A DNA stretch of 64,000 nt from Opitutales bacterium (GTDB lineage Bacteria; Verrucomicrobiota; Verrucomicrobiia; Opitutales; Opitutaceae). Where the stretch lies: positions 1,300 through 65,299 of the forward strand of contig JBBRCR010000002.1 in assembly GCA_038204695.1 (NCBI GenBank). The letters run 5' to 3'. The position numbers were made by a program, and so were the translations under genes. Of the stretch, positions 19,388-29,897 are shown in pieces. Below the pieces are notes generated by a model. The model made no database searches. It saw only the letters and a list, made by a program, of their open reading frames with translations, and was not told where the DNA came from. The stretch's first letter is position 1. Every line of letters begins with the position of its first letter.

Positions 19388-20074
19388 ATGATCACCAACA
19401 GTCTTGTCTTCGCATTCCTGCTCGTGAACGCCGACGGAAGCCCGATGAGTGCCATGGACCTTTTCCACGCTGGAAAAGAGATCATGTGGCCGATCCTGCT
19501 GCTGTCGTTTGTGGCCATCACCGTCATCATCGAGCGGCTCCTCTTTATCGCCCGCGAAAACGCGAGCCGTGAGCCGGAAGTCGTCGAGAAGATGCTGGAA
19601 GCGGTGGAACGCCGAGACATCGAGGGGGCGCTCGCCATCGGCCGCAAGAGCAAGGACTTCATCGCGAAGATTCTGGTCTACAGCTTGAGCAATCGAGACT
19701 ACTCCCTTTCCAACGCGTTTGTCCGCGCCTCCGGCCAGGAACTCGCGCGCTTCCAACAAGGCATGGCCACGCTTGACACGTGCATCACGGCCGCCCCGCT
19801 CCTCGGATTGTTGGGCACGGTCACGGGCATGATGAGAACGTTCGGCGCGCTGGGCGGCGGTGACGTCGCTGGCGCCGCGTCCACGATCACCGGTGGTGTC
19901 GCCGAGGCACTGATTGCGACGGCCTGCGGTCTCGCGATCGCCATCATGGGCCTGCTGCCGTACAATTATCTCAATGCCCGCGCCGAGCAGGCCAAGCAGG
20001 AGGTTTCCGACGCGTCGCACGCGCTCGAAATCCTCATCAAGAAGTCCGAGACCGGGGCACCGTTCACCCGCTGA
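19388..20074 (+). CDS. exbB: MotA/TolQ/ExbB proton channel protein
   Basis: APLLGLLGTVTGMM and GGVAEALIATACGLAIAI. Confidence 0.9.
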   Translation: MITNSLVFAFLLVNADGSPMSAMDLFHAGKEIMWPILLLSFVAITVIIERLLFIARENASREPEVVEKMLEAVERRDIEGALAIGRKSKDFIAKILVYSLSNRDYSLSNAFVRASGQELARFQQGMATLDTCITAAPLLGLLGTVTGMMRTFGALGGGDVAGAASTITGGVAEALIATACGLAIAIMGLLPYNYLNARAEQAKQEVSDASHALEILIKKSETGAPFTR

Positions 20075-20128
20075 GTTCCGAGCTAAGAAATCCTCCGCGC
20101 GTTCGTCATCCCTTAAGCAATCCTCACC

Positions 20129-20560
20129 ATGGCCGGAACCAGTATGGCAGGCGGTGGGCCCAAGAAGAAGGCCCGCATCGAAATCATTCCCCTGATCGAT
20201 GTGATCTTCTTCCTGCTCGCTACGTTCGTGTTGTTCACGCTGTCGCTGAACAAGACGGAAGGCGTCCGCGTCACACTGCCTAACTCGATTACGGGTGAGG
20301 CGCGCCGGACCGAGGGCACCGCAACCGTCACGGTGACCGAGCAGGGGACGCTGGCGTGGAACAAGGATTTTGTGAGCCTGGATGAGTTCCTGACTCGGCT
20401 GAAGACGTTTCACATGCAGAATCCAGACGGGAAGCTGCTGATCAACGGAGACGACAACGCATTGTTCAACGCGGCGATTTATGTTTTCGACGAGGCCCGC
20501 AAGGCGCAGATCGAAAAAGTCCTGATTGAAACGAAGGTTCGCTCCGCGGCGCGCCAGTAA
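20129..20560 (+). CDS. exbD: ExbD/TolR family protein
   Basis: IEIIPLIDVIFFLLATF transmembrane segment with the conserved Asp. Confidence 0.9.
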   Translation: MAGTSMAGGGPKKKARIEIIPLIDVIFFLLATFVLFTLSLNKTEGVRVTLPNSITGEARRTEGTATVTVTEQGTLAWNKDFVSLDEFLTRLKTFHMQNPDGKLLINGDDNALFNAAIYVFDEARKAQIEKVLIETKVRSAARQ

Positions 20561-20605
20561 TCCGTCCACCCGCTCCCCGACGCAACCCCCCAACCCGTAT
20601 TTTCC

Positions 20606-21064
20606 ATGGCAGGCACCAGTTCCAGGGCCGACGAGGGCAAGAAAAAGGCACGCATCGAGATCATCCCGCTGATCGATGTCATTTTCTTTCTGCTCGCCAC
20701 GTTTGTTCTATTCACGCTTTCCCTCGACAAGATAGCGTCCGTGCCCGTGACACTGCCTAAGGCGGTCGACGCCCCTCCTTCACAGACGAAGGACGAGAGC
20801 ATGCTCAGCATTCAAGTCTCGGACTTAGGCACATTCTATTGGAAAATCGGCCAGTCCGGCGCGCCGGAGCTGATTTCTGCCAGCGAACTTCCACCGCGCC
20901 TCGAAGACTATAAGATGCGTTACGCCAGTTCCCCGCCGCGCGTCCTGGTACGCGGTGACAACCGCGCCAAGTTTGGCGCCGCCGTGATGGTCTTGGACGA
21001 AGTCCGCCGTGCCGGCATCGAGCAAGTTTCGGTCGAAACTGTCACCAGCCCGACGGGCAAGTAA
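20606..21064 (+). CDS. exbD: Second ExbD/TolR family protein
   Basis: Same IEIIPLIDVIFFLL motif; VLVRGDNRAKFGAAVMVLD. Confidence 0.9.
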   Translation: MAGTSSRADEGKKKARIEIIPLIDVIFFLLATFVLFTLSLDKIASVPVTLPKAVDAPPSQTKDESMLSIQVSDLGTFYWKIGQSGAPELISASELPPRLEDYKMRYASSPPRVLVRGDNRAKFGAAVMVLDEVRRAGIEQVSVETVTSPTGK

Positions 21065-21072
21065 TTTTTCCC

Positions 21073-21729
21073 ATGCGCCGCGACCTCATCATCGGTTTCA
21101 TAATCTCGCTGCTTCTGCACGGCGGGATGTTGTTTGGCGACAAAATCATCAAGTTCGAGCCGCCGCCCAAGAAAGTCGAAGCTCCGCCGCCCACCATCGA
21201 GCTGATCGAGATGCCGAAAATCGAGCCGGACGAGCCGGAGATTGTGGAAGCGACGGATGAGCCGGTGAAGCCGATGGATTTTGCCCCGCCGATGCAGACG
21301 GACGTCCCGCAGGCCGTGCCGCCGGATGCGTTCGTGCAGAAAATTCAGCCACCGCCACCGGAAAACGTGAAGCCTGCCGCTGGTATCATTGCCATTCCGG
21401 AAAACCGAGATACCTCACGTTTCCGCAACATGGAGGTGTTCGACATCTCGAAACTCGACCAAATACCGGTGCCACGTTTTCAAGCGCGTCCCCAGTACCC
21501 CTTTGAAATGCGACGCGCCGGTATCGCAGGTGAAGTCGTGGTTGATTTCATCGTTGATACGAATGGAGACGTCCAGAACGCGTATTCGGTCCGATCCTCG
21601 CAACGCGAGTTCGAGGCGGCCGCCGTTCAGGCCGTCGGCAAATGGAAGTTCAAGCCCGGGCGCAAAGGCGGCCGGAACGTGAATACCCATATGCAGGTGC
21701 CCATCGTGTTCACCCTTAACGAAGAGTAA
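21073..21729 (+). CDS. tonB: TonB energy transducer
   Basis: N-terminal TM with SLLLH, Pro/Glu-rich linker, and C-domain PQYP...GEVVVDFIVD...WKFKPG. Confidence 0.9.
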   Translation: MRRDLIIGFIISLLLHGGMLFGDKIIKFEPPPKKVEAPPPTIELIEMPKIEPDEPEIVEATDEPVKPMDFAPPMQTDVPQAVPPDAFVQKIQPPPPENVKPAAGIIAIPENRDTSRFRNMEVFDISKLDQIPVPRFQARPQYPFEMRRAGIAGEVVVDFIVDTNGDVQNAYSVRSSQREFEAAAVQAVGKWKFKPGRKGGRNVNTHMQVPIVFTLNEE

Positions 21730-23196
21730 TTGTCTGTGAAATACACATCGAATTTCCGTCGCAGGGCTGGCGTGGCGCTGATTTGCGCGCTGGCGGCCGC
21801 GCCGGGCGTGCCGGCCGCACAGCGGTCCCGAGCACAGCCCAAGGCGCAGCCGCAGACGCCCGCCCAGAAAGAGAAGCAGCCGCACAGCCTCCAGGAGAAG
21901 ACCAGTGAGGCACTCCAGAAGATCAAACCACTTCAGGATGCAAAGGACTGGGATGGGATTCTCGCGCTCGTGGATGGCCTGCTTCCCACGGTCGGTGACA
22001 CGAGCTACGACCGCGCCTTCCTACTTGATATCAAGGCCAAGCTCCTCCTCACAAAGGATCAGCTCGGGGCGGCCATCGCTCCGTGGGAAGAGGCACTGAA
22101 GATATCGGATCAGTTTCAGTATTTCGACAAGCGGTACACGAGCGATATCCTGCTTTATCTCGCGCAAATTATTTTCTCCGAAGCGACAACGATCAAAGAT
22201 ACGGCGAAACAACAGCAGGCCATCAACCACTCGCTCGTCTATCTAAAGCGGCACCTCACGGAGTCGCCGAAGCCCTCCCTCGAGACGCAGATGTTCTACG
22301 CTCAACTGCTGTACCAGCAGGCGGTGTCGGACGCCAGCAACCTCAACAAGGATCTGTTGCGTCAGGCGCGCGAAGTGATCGAACGGGGCATGCAATCGAC
22401 GCTTCAGCCGAAGGAAGGTTTCTACATGCTGCTCCTGGCGGTTTACCAGCAGGAGAACGACATGGTGCGCTCGGGTGAGTTGCTCGAACTGCTGGTGAAA
22501 AAGTTCCCGCAAAAGAAGGACTATTGGCCGCTGTTGATGGCCACCCATCTCAACCTGGCATCCACCGAGAAGGACGACACGCGGCGCCGCGAATTTTACG
22601 TTCGCGCCATCAATGCCCTCGAGCGTGCACAAAAGCTCGGGTTCATGCAGACGCCGAAGGACAACTACAATCTGGTCACGATCTACCTGACGGCGGGCCA
22701 ATTCGGCAAGGCGACCGACATTCTCCACGACGGCCTTAAAAAGGGAACGATTGAATCGACTCTGGCGAACTGGCGACTGCTCGGTTCGTACTATCAGCAG
22801 GCAAACAAAGAGATTCAGGCAATCGAAGCGCTAAAGGAGGCGGCCAAGCTTTTCCCCAAGGAGGGCATGGTCGATTTGCACATCGGCGAGATTTATCGCC
22901 CGCTTGAAAAGACCAAAGAGGCCCGCGAGTACTATCGCAGCGCGCTCAAGAAGGGGAATCTGGAAAAGCCACAGGTTGCCTACCAGCTTGTCGCGTACAC
23001 CTCGATGGAGCTGGACGACTGGGATGAAGCCCTTCGCGCCATTACCGAGGCGGCCAAACACCCCGATTTCGCCAAAGACCAGCAAATGGTGAACCTCAAG
23101 AAACATATCGAGGACACGGTCCGAGAGCGCGAAGAAACCCGCAAGGCCAAGGAAGCCGAGGCCCTAAAGAAAAAACAGCAGGCCCCGACCCTGTGA
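21730..23196 (+). CDS. Periplasmic TPR-repeat protein
   Basis: Signal-like N-terminus and helical TPR-like repeats; directly follows tonB; start uncertain. Confidence 0.75.
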   Translation: MSVKYTSNFRRRAGVALICALAAAPGVPAAQRSRAQPKAQPQTPAQKEKQPHSLQEKTSEALQKIKPLQDAKDWDGILALVDGLLPTVGDTSYDRAFLLDIKAKLLLTKDQLGAAIAPWEEALKISDQFQYFDKRYTSDILLYLAQIIFSEATTIKDTAKQQQAINHSLVYLKRHLTESPKPSLETQMFYAQLLYQQAVSDASNLNKDLLRQAREVIERGMQSTLQPKEGFYMLLLAVYQQENDMVRSGELLELLVKKFPQKKDYWPLLMATHLNLASTEKDDTRRREFYVRAINALERAQKLGFMQTPKDNYNLVTIYLTAGQFGKATDILHDGLKKGTIESTLANWRLLGSYYQQANKEIQAIEALKEAAKLFPKEGMVDLHIGEIYRPLEKTKEAREYYRSALKKGNLEKPQVAYQLVAYTSMELDDWDEALRAITEAAKHPDFAKDQQMVNLKKHIEDTVREREETRKAKEAEALKKKQQAPTL

Positions 23197-23212
23197 CGTC
23201 AGCCCCTCTCCA

Positions 23213-23767
23213 ATGAAGAAAAATTACGTCTATTTCATCGCTCCCGTGGCTGGTCTCGCGATTTTCGCCGGCATCTATTGGAACTACGCCGCCGATTACC
23301 AAGTGAGACAGGAGAATCAAGAAAAGGCCCGGATCGAGGCGAAGAACGAAAAAATCCGGCAGGAAAATATCGCGAAATCGGAAGCCGTAAAGGCCGCCAT
23401 CGAGGCTCAGGACAAGCGGAAGAAGGAAAAAAAGGCCCGGGAAGAGCGAGACGCGAAGGAAAAGGAACAACGCGAACTGGCGATGCAGGCACGGACCAAG
23501 GCGAAGGAAGACGTCCGCAAGTATCAGGAACAGGTCCGCCGGCTGCAAAAAGAGGTGGAGGAAAATAAGAAGGAGCTCGCCAAGATCGAGGAGGACAAGA
23601 AGCGCTCGGTCGACGAACAGGGCTTCCTTCGCGAGTTCGTGAAGAAAGCGGAAGGGAACACGCAGAACCTCAGCGGCGTACTCGAACGAATTGCCGCCGC
23701 CGACAAAGCAGCCGAAGACGCGGCCAAAGCGGCCGCCGCCGCTGCTGCCGCCGCCGCGAAGAAATAA
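23213..23767 (+). CDS. Single-TM Lys/Glu/Ala-rich coiled-coil protein
   Basis: N-terminal hydrophobic helix, charged heptads and a poly-Ala tail. Confidence 0.75.
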   Translation: MKKNYVYFIAPVAGLAIFAGIYWNYAADYQVRQENQEKARIEAKNEKIRQENIAKSEAVKAAIEAQDKRKKEKKAREERDAKEKEQRELAMQARTKAKEDVRKYQEQVRRLQKEVEENKKELAKIEEDKKRSVDEQGFLREFVKKAEGNTQNLSGVLERIAAADKAAEDAAKAAAAAAAAAAKK

Positions 23768-23789
23768 TCACCCATCCAGAAAACTTAAG

Positions 23790-24332
23790 ATGAAAAAGTG
23801 GATCTATTTGGTCGTCCCAAGCGTCCTCCTCGCGGTTTTCCTCGTTGTATACTTCTCCCATCAAAAGGATGCGAAGGAACGTGAGCAAACCCGCGCCACA
23901 GCGCTGGCAAAGAAATTATCCGAGGAAAAACAGCTAAAGGAACAATCTGAACAACAGGCGCGGGAGGACGCGGCCAAGAAGCAGGCGGAGCGTGAGGCAG
24001 AAGAAAAAAAGAAGGAGGAGGACCGACGGGCCAAACAAGCCAAGATCGATGCCGACCTGAAGGCGGAGATCGACGCGGCCCGAGCCGACGCCGACAAAGC
24101 CGCCAAGGAATCACAGGCGCTCGAAATCGAATTGGACCGACTGCGCAAGGAAAAGGACCGGCTCACCCGCGAGGCCTTCGATCTCGCCAAGCAAGTGGAA
24201 CTCGCCAAGGTCGCCCGCCGCAACGCCGAGTTGGAGGCGCAACGCATGGTGGAGATGATTGCCCGCCGTGCCGCCGACAGTTCGCTCACGCGTCCGCCGA
24301 TGGCCGCGGTGGCACCTCCGCCCCGCAGCTGA
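23790..24332 (+). CDS. Second single-TM Lys/Glu/Ala-rich coiled-coil protein
   Basis: MKKWIYLVVPSVLLAVFLVVYF followed by a charged coiled coil; same architecture as the preceding gene. Confidence 0.75.
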   Translation: MKKWIYLVVPSVLLAVFLVVYFSHQKDAKEREQTRATALAKKLSEEKQLKEQSEQQAREDAAKKQAEREAEEKKKEEDRRAKQAKIDADLKAEIDAARADADKAAKESQALEIELDRLRKEKDRLTREAFDLAKQVELAKVARRNAELEAQRMVEMIARRAADSSLTRPPMAAVAPPPRS

Positions 24333-24352
24333 GCTTCGTTCGCCATCGCTCA

Positions 24353-24381
24353 ACCCCGGATATTTTAGTCCGGGGTTTTTT
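24353..24381 (+). terminator. Intrinsic terminator ending the exbB-tonB operon
   Basis: AACCCCGGA-loop-TCCGGGGTT followed by a T-run. Confidence 0.85.
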
Positions 24382-24512
24382 GTGCATATCTGCAGCCGTT
24401 CAGCGCCAGCGACCGCTGATGCCGTGCGTCGCCGCTGATGTGGCTGCAGGCACCCGAGGGTGGAAGCATTCGGTCGCCGCCACGCGGCGGCTGAGATCCT
24501 GGGAAATCCGCT

Positions 24513-25949
24513 TCAGTCGAGATCGCTCCCTTGCCAGTGCACGGCGTTTTTCACCCCGGCCTCACGCGCAACGTATACCGGCTCCAGTCCTGCCTTCAAT
24601 TGCCTTTCATAATCGGCGAGGCAAGCCAGCGCCGGCCGTGTGAGCAGAAGAATCGCGATGATGTTAAGCCAGGCCATCAGCCCGACCCCAATATCGCCCA
24701 AGGCCCAGGCAAGATCCGCGTTGCGCAGCGTGCCATAGAAGACCACGGCAAGAAAGGCGACGCGAAGCACATGAAACAGCCACGGGCTCGGCTGGTGCTT
24801 TCGCAGGTAGGCCAGGCTGGTTTCAGCGTAATAATAGTACGCCATCAGTGTGGTGAACGCGAAGAGGAACAGGGCGATGGCCACGAAGGCACTTCCGAAT
24901 CCGGGAATGACGGCGTCAACCGCAGCTTGGGTAAATGCCGGACCGGTCGGCACACCGGGGAGGTACTCCACGATAAAACCACCCGATGGACGGGCGACAT
25001 TGTATTTTCCAGTGAGCAACACCATGAACGCAGTCGCCGTGCAGACGAACCACGTGTCGACATAGATGGAGAACGCCTGCACGAGCCCTTGGGCGGCGGG
25101 ATGTTTCACCTCCGCTGCCGCGGCCGCCATCGGCGCCGTGCCCTGCCCGGCTTCGTTCGAATAGATGCCTCGCTTCACACCCCACGTAATCGCCAGCCCC
25201 ACAATACCGCCGAACGCAGCATTGGCACCGAATGCGCTTTTCACGATCAAGACGAAGATGGCGGGCACCTCGTTTACGTGCAGCGCCAGCACAATGACCG
25301 CCATCAGGATGTAGGCGGCGGCCATGAAAGGCACCACAACCTCCGCGGCGCGCCCGAGGCGTTTCACCCCTCCGAAAATCAAGAGCGCAAGGAGTATCAC
25401 CAAGATCGCCGCCGTAACCACAGACGGAACGGAAAATGCGTTGTGTACCGCAGCCCCAATATTGTTGGCCTGGACACCTGGGAGAAAGACCCCAGCCGCC
25501 ACCACGGTCGAACACGCGAACAGCACCGCGTACCACTTCATTTTCAGTCCTCGTTCAATATAGTACGCGGGCCCACCGCGATACTGTCCATTGATCTCCT
25601 CCTTGTAGATTTGCGCCAGCGCGGCTTCGATGAACGCGGAGCCGGCGCCCAAAAACGCGATCACCCACATCCAAAACACGGCACCGGGTCCCCCCATCGC
25701 AATCGCGGTGGCGACGCCGGCTATGTTGCCGACCCCGACTCGACCCGCAACCGCGAGCGAAAAAGCCTGAAAAGAGGACACGCCACACTCCGATGAAGCA
25801 CCACGAAACAGCAACTGCAGCATGTGCCGCATGTACCGCACTTGGAGAAACCGCGTGCGCACGGAAAAATACAATCCGGTCCCAAGACACAGGTAAACGA
25901 GGGCCTGCCCCCAGATCAGATCGTTTGCGGCGTGTATGATTTCTTCCAT
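24513..25949 (-). CDS. Sodium:alanine/glycine symporter (AGCS family, AlsT-like)
   Basis: RVGVGNIAGVATAIAMGGPGAVFWMW, YRGGPAYY and RGIYSNEAGQG. Confidence 0.92.
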   Translation of the reverse strand: MEEIIHAANDLIWGQALVYLCLGTGLYFSVRTRFLQVRYMRHMLQLLFRGASSECGVSSFQAFSLAVAGRVGVGNIAGVATAIAMGGPGAVFWMWVIAFLGAGSAFIEAALAQIYKEEINGQYRGGPAYYIERGLKMKWYAVLFACSTVVAAGVFLPGVQANNIGAAVHNAFSVPSVVTAAILVILLALLIFGGVKRLGRAAEVVVPFMAAAYILMAVIVLALHVNEVPAIFVLIVKSAFGANAAFGGIVGLAITWGVKRGIYSNEAGQGTAPMAAAAAEVKHPAAQGLVQAFSIYVDTWFVCTATAFMVLLTGKYNVARPSGGFIVEYLPGVPTGPAFTQAAVDAVIPGFGSAFVAIALFLFAFTTLMAYYYYAETSLAYLRKHQPSPWLFHVLRVAFLAVVFYGTLRNADLAWALGDIGVGLMAWLNIIAILLLTRPALACLADYERQLKAGLEPVYVAREAGVKNAVHWQGSDLD

Positions 25950-26384
25950 GTCGGGGTGAGCAAGCGGTTGCCAATGCGTAAACTGTATCGAACAAGATTA
26001 CATAAACTGGAATCGCACGAGTAATGCCATCGAGAAGCAGCCAAGCCGACCGGCCTATCAGGCTCTCATTCGAAGTCGCGTCGTGCTGCGTCGGCACGCT
26101 CCCCCAGTCGACCCTAATCGGGGAAAACCAAAGGAATCTTCCGTGTCCGACGGCCTGTGCGGAAGGGGGCGTTGGGTTGCTGATGCGCCGAGTTTGGGCG
26201 TGAAGCTCTTGGTAGGTCGGGAAAATCCGTCGCCCAGGTCTGCTTGGGCACACTTTTCCCTTGCCCGTGAGCACGGACGGGACCATTCATCCACCCTTCC
26301 TCCTCCCTCGGGAGTCGGAAAGTTCTTTTGCACTGGTGTGCATTGCACCAGCCGCTAAGGAAAAGAGACAGCGAAAGGTGGTAT

Positions 26385-26461
<77 letters not shown>

Positions 26462-26503
26462 TTTAAAATCCTTTTCTAAAAACCCGATTCTCAGAGGAGA
26501 AAT

Positions 26504-26539
26504 CGAAAAAAGCGCCGCATCACCCGCGGCGCTTTTTCG
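26504..26539 (+). terminator. Terminator-like hairpin after tRNA-Pro
   Basis: CGAAAAAAGCGCCGC-N7-GCGGCGCTTTTTCG. Confidence 0.75.
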
Positions 26540-26591
26540 TTGCCACCGATTGCCGCCGGAAGTCAGGGTTGGCAGCTTTTTGGCAACCGAA

Positions 26592-28187
26592 ATGGCAACC
26601 GCAAAGACTACCCCGCCCCCGGCCAAGACCCCGCCCGGGGTAAGATTATCGTCGCACGATTCGGGCCGCTGGAGATCACGACCTTCCTGAACCGGAGCGG
26701 CCGCTCCACGTCCTTCCGCGTAAAAGGAACGCTCCACGGCAAGCGTGTCCGGTGTAACTTCCCGACTGAGGCGGCCGCGCGGATATTTGCCGTGAAGGAA
26801 ACGAAGGGACTCGTGACGGGCACCACGCGCCGCCTGGCGGAAACGACATTGACGGAGCAACAACTCCGCGACGCGGAGGCGTTCGCCCACGACCTTCCGG
26901 AGAAAACCACCCCGCAGCAGGTGCTCAAGTTCTACCTCGATCATCATCGCGCGATCAAAGCCGTGCCGCTGGAGACGGTGACGGTGATGAAGGATGGCAA
27001 ACCGGAGCGGACAGTCGGCGCCATAGACGAGTGGGCTGAAGTCGTGCCTCAAGCAGCGCAAGAATATGCAATCAACCGTCGATGGGAGAACCTATCGCAT
27101 GAGGGGTTTTGTCCACGAGACGGGCGTCAAACTTTCCGCGGACATCACCAAGGAGACGGCCAGCTCGTGGATCTATACGAAGGGGGCGGACAACACGCAG
27201 CGCGATTACTACGACGATCTATACCGCTTTGTTAAATTCCTGCTGCGGCAAAACTACATCCTCAAGAATCCCCTCGCGGACCTTCCGCGACCCATCGTCC
27301 GACTGAAAACCCCGGCGGTGCTGACGTTCGATTAAGTGTGGACCCTACTCCAGACGGCGCTCACCGACGCCGAGGGTCCGGAGATGCTTCCCTTCTTCGC
27401 CATTGCATCCCTGTCCGGCGTGCGCCCGGACGAGGTAACCGACTTGGGGACGAAGACGGACGGCACCAAGAGCGACGGCTGGGACGACATCTACCTTGAT
27501 GAAGACCATCCCGTAATTGAGGTGAATAAGGCCAAGGGCGGCCGCAGCCGGCGGAACGCTGATGTCTGCGATCCCCTCAAGCGGATTCTATCGTGGTGCA
27601 AAGCGAAGAAGCTCGCGGCCAATTTCTTTTCCAAACGGAAGTTCGACCGGATTCGCCAGAACGCGGGCGTGCGGCAGTTGTGGGAAAACGACATCCTCCG
27701 CCCCGGTTACGCGTCCTATTCCTACGCGCTCAGCAAGGACGAAAAGACGCTGAGCGCCAACATGGGGAACAGCCCGCGTGTCCTGTTTGAGCACTATATC
27801 CGAACGGTTCGCCGCGCCGAAGCGGTGGCGTATTTCGGGCTGGCGCTGCACTGGAGCGCGCCGCGGCAGCGCAGCATGACGGGAGGACGAATCGACAAGT
27901 GGCTCGTGAAATTGCCGGAACTACCGGACGACAAACTGCGGTTGCTGCACCTCCGGCTCGCCGGCGTATTCGCGCGGCTTTGCCGCAAGAAGGTCACCGA
28001 CGCAGATGCCGCCGAGGTGCGGACAAATTACCAAGCGGTCCGCGCAGAGCTGCGAAAGCGCGGCTTGCTGAAAAAGCGGGCGGTCCGGATGGAGTGGAAT
28101 CGCACGGTGGGAGCCGATGAACCGGTATTCGAAAAGCCCCATCACGAGTTAGCGGAATTGATGGACGACGCCGCGGGCGAGAATTAG
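26592..28187 (+). pseudogene. Tyrosine integrase, disrupted
   Basis: Catalytic-domain motifs SGVRPDE, NKAKGG, DILRPGYASY and NMGNSPRVLFEHY. Split by an apparent frameshift at ~27034 (repair gives EWLKSCLKQRKNMQST), an in-frame TAA at 27333-27335, and probably a further 5' frameshift near 26635. Confidence 0.85.
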
Positions 28188-28484
28188 CCGCGGCGCCGGC
28201 CGTCGTCAGCCTGAACCACCTGGTAGCACGGAAGAAACGCCTCCAGCTTCGCGAGGTCGAGCGCGCGCAGCGCCGCCAGGACGAGCGAATTGTCAGAGGA
28301 CCGAAGGCCCGCGGACACCACTGCCGCCGCGCATGGCTTTGAGTTTGTCTGATTCGGTCGAACCAAGGTAGAGCGCGACGCGCTCATGTTGCGGTCGCTC
28401 GTCGCCGGCCGAGCTCGTGGCCTTGGACCCTATGCGGCTGGCCTTTTGCGCCGCGCCGCGCGGCTGGACGTGTTTGGCTTTCAT
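28184..28484 (-). pseudogene. Small hypothetical gene, apparently frameshifted
   Basis: Removing 1 nt near 28328 joins ...ERVALYLGSTESDKLKAMR to AAVVSAGLRSSDNSLVLAALRALDL...; no family assignment possible. Confidence 0.3.
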
Positions 28485-28722
28485 TTGGAAACCCGTTGCT
28501 GGCGCCTCCGCCGGCACGGTGTCTTGGCTGGTTCCGGCGTGCTCAGCAGAGCCGCGGCAATCGCCCGGCGCGCGTCCGTCGTCGCGTCGCGAATCAGCCG
28601 CTCTGCCGTGTCCGCGTGACCACTGCGTCGGAGCGCGTCCGCGAGCGTAGCGACGGCTACGTCCGCGGCCGCGGACAGGACATCAGCGTTGGCACAAGCT
28701 CCGTTCTTTCGCCCCATATGGT

Positions 28723-29499
28723 TCAGTCCTTCTTTCGGCTGCGCGCCCGGTGCGTCGCGCTCATCTTGGCACGCGTCTCGGCGGTTTTACGGTTCCCGGA
28801 GCGGAATAGGGGAAACGTGGCTCGAAACTCCTTAACGAGCGTGTGAATCCGCTGCGCACTTACTCCGTTCCGCTTGGCAATGTCGTTAATGCTATCCCCG
28901 CCCATCCGGTTCATTTCAACCTTGGAAATCGTCGAAGGCGGAATTCCCAGCTCGCGCGCGATCTGTCGCACGCGGGGACCAACCCGGGCGGCCGCGGCGA
29001 GGATCCGTTGCCGCACCTCATCGGCGAGCGGCTGCTTTCCAAGCTTCTGACCGCGGGCACGAGCTGCAACCAAGCCGGCGCGCGTCCGCTCCCGAATAAG
29101 CGCCAGTTCGAATTCAGAGACCGCGCCGAGCACGCCGAGCATGAGCGCACCCATGGGATTCGAGGCGCGCGTGTCGATACCCTGCGAAACGGCAATGAGT
29201 CCGCACCCGCTTGTGCGGAATTGCTCGAGTATCAGCGCCAAGTGTGAGAGCGAACGGCCCAAACGGTCCAGCTTCGTAACCACCACTACGTTGATTTTGC
29301 CGGGACGCACCTCGGCGAGCATACGCTCCAACTGCGGTCGGGTGCTTCCGGCGCCACCGCTGGCCACGTCCTGGTAAACCGTCGGTGTCGTCCATCCTTG
29401 GCGCGCGCAGTAGGCCTGCAGATCGATTTGCTGACATTCGTTGGTTTGGTCTGCCGTCGAAACTCGGAGGTAGAGAGCCACGCGGGGGGTTGAGTTCAT
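28723..29499 (-). CDS. Serine recombinase (resolvase/invertase family) with extended C-terminus
   Basis: YLRVST (catalytic Ser), TRPQLERML, VTKLDRLGRS, EFELALIRERTRAG and HTH VRQIARELGIPPSTI. Confidence 0.92.
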   Translation of the reverse strand: MNSTPRVALYLRVSTADQTNECQQIDLQAYCARQGWTTPTVYQDVASGGAGSTRPQLERMLAEVRPGKINVVVVTKLDRLGRSLSHLALILEQFRTSGCGLIAVSQGIDTRASNPMGALMLGVLGAVSEFELALIRERTRAGLVAARARGQKLGKQPLADEVRQRILAAAARVGPRVRQIARELGIPPSTISKVEMNRMGGDSINDIAKRNGVSAQRIHTLVKEFRATFPLFRSGNRKTAETRAKMSATHRARSRKKD

Positions 29500-29520
29500 G
29501 GACGCGGACTATGCACAAAA

Positions 29521-29563
29521 ACTCTTACGCACGCAACGTAAATGCGTAAGGTCTTACGCACGC
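29521..29563. repeat. Left arm of ~43-bp inverted repeat (putative recombinase site)
   Basis: ACTCTTACGCACGCAACGTAAATGCGTAAGGTCTTACGCACGC, containing the internal dyad CTTACGCA...TGCGTAAG. Confidence 0.85.
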
Positions 29564-29834
29564 GGGTAAACTTATGCGCCGCGCGCGCCGGACGCACGCT
29601 GCGGGCTAATCCGGCAACACTTCCGGCGCAGCCGCGGTTCTGGGTGTCCACTTGTCCACCGTCATGGTGCACAGGTCCACGCCCCCGCGGACCTTCGGCG
29701 TTCGATATCCGTCTCGTCCGTTCGGTCTGCATCGCAAAGATATCGGCGCCTCGTGAACCAAAGGACTCCACCCACAGCGCCGATCCACGCTGCCGCCGGA
29801 GGCGGTCTGCGCCTCGTTAACCCGCGAGAGGAGA

Positions 29835-29877
29835 CGTGCGTAAGACACTACGCATTTTACGTTGCGTGCGTAAGGGT
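29835..29877. repeat. Right arm of ~43-bp inverted repeat
   Basis: Reverse complement is ACCCTTACGCACGCAACGTAAAATGCGTAGTGTCTTACGCACG: 3 mismatches plus 1 indel versus the left arm. Confidence 0.85.
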
Positions 29878-29897
29878 CTCGGGCATGGTGTCACCCG

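Noticed and set aside
26000-26380. Possible glycine riboswitch upstream of the alanine/glycine symporter
   Set aside because: I could not find the conserved GGAGA...CCGAAG...CTCTCAGG elements on the minus strand; an Infernal scan would be needed.
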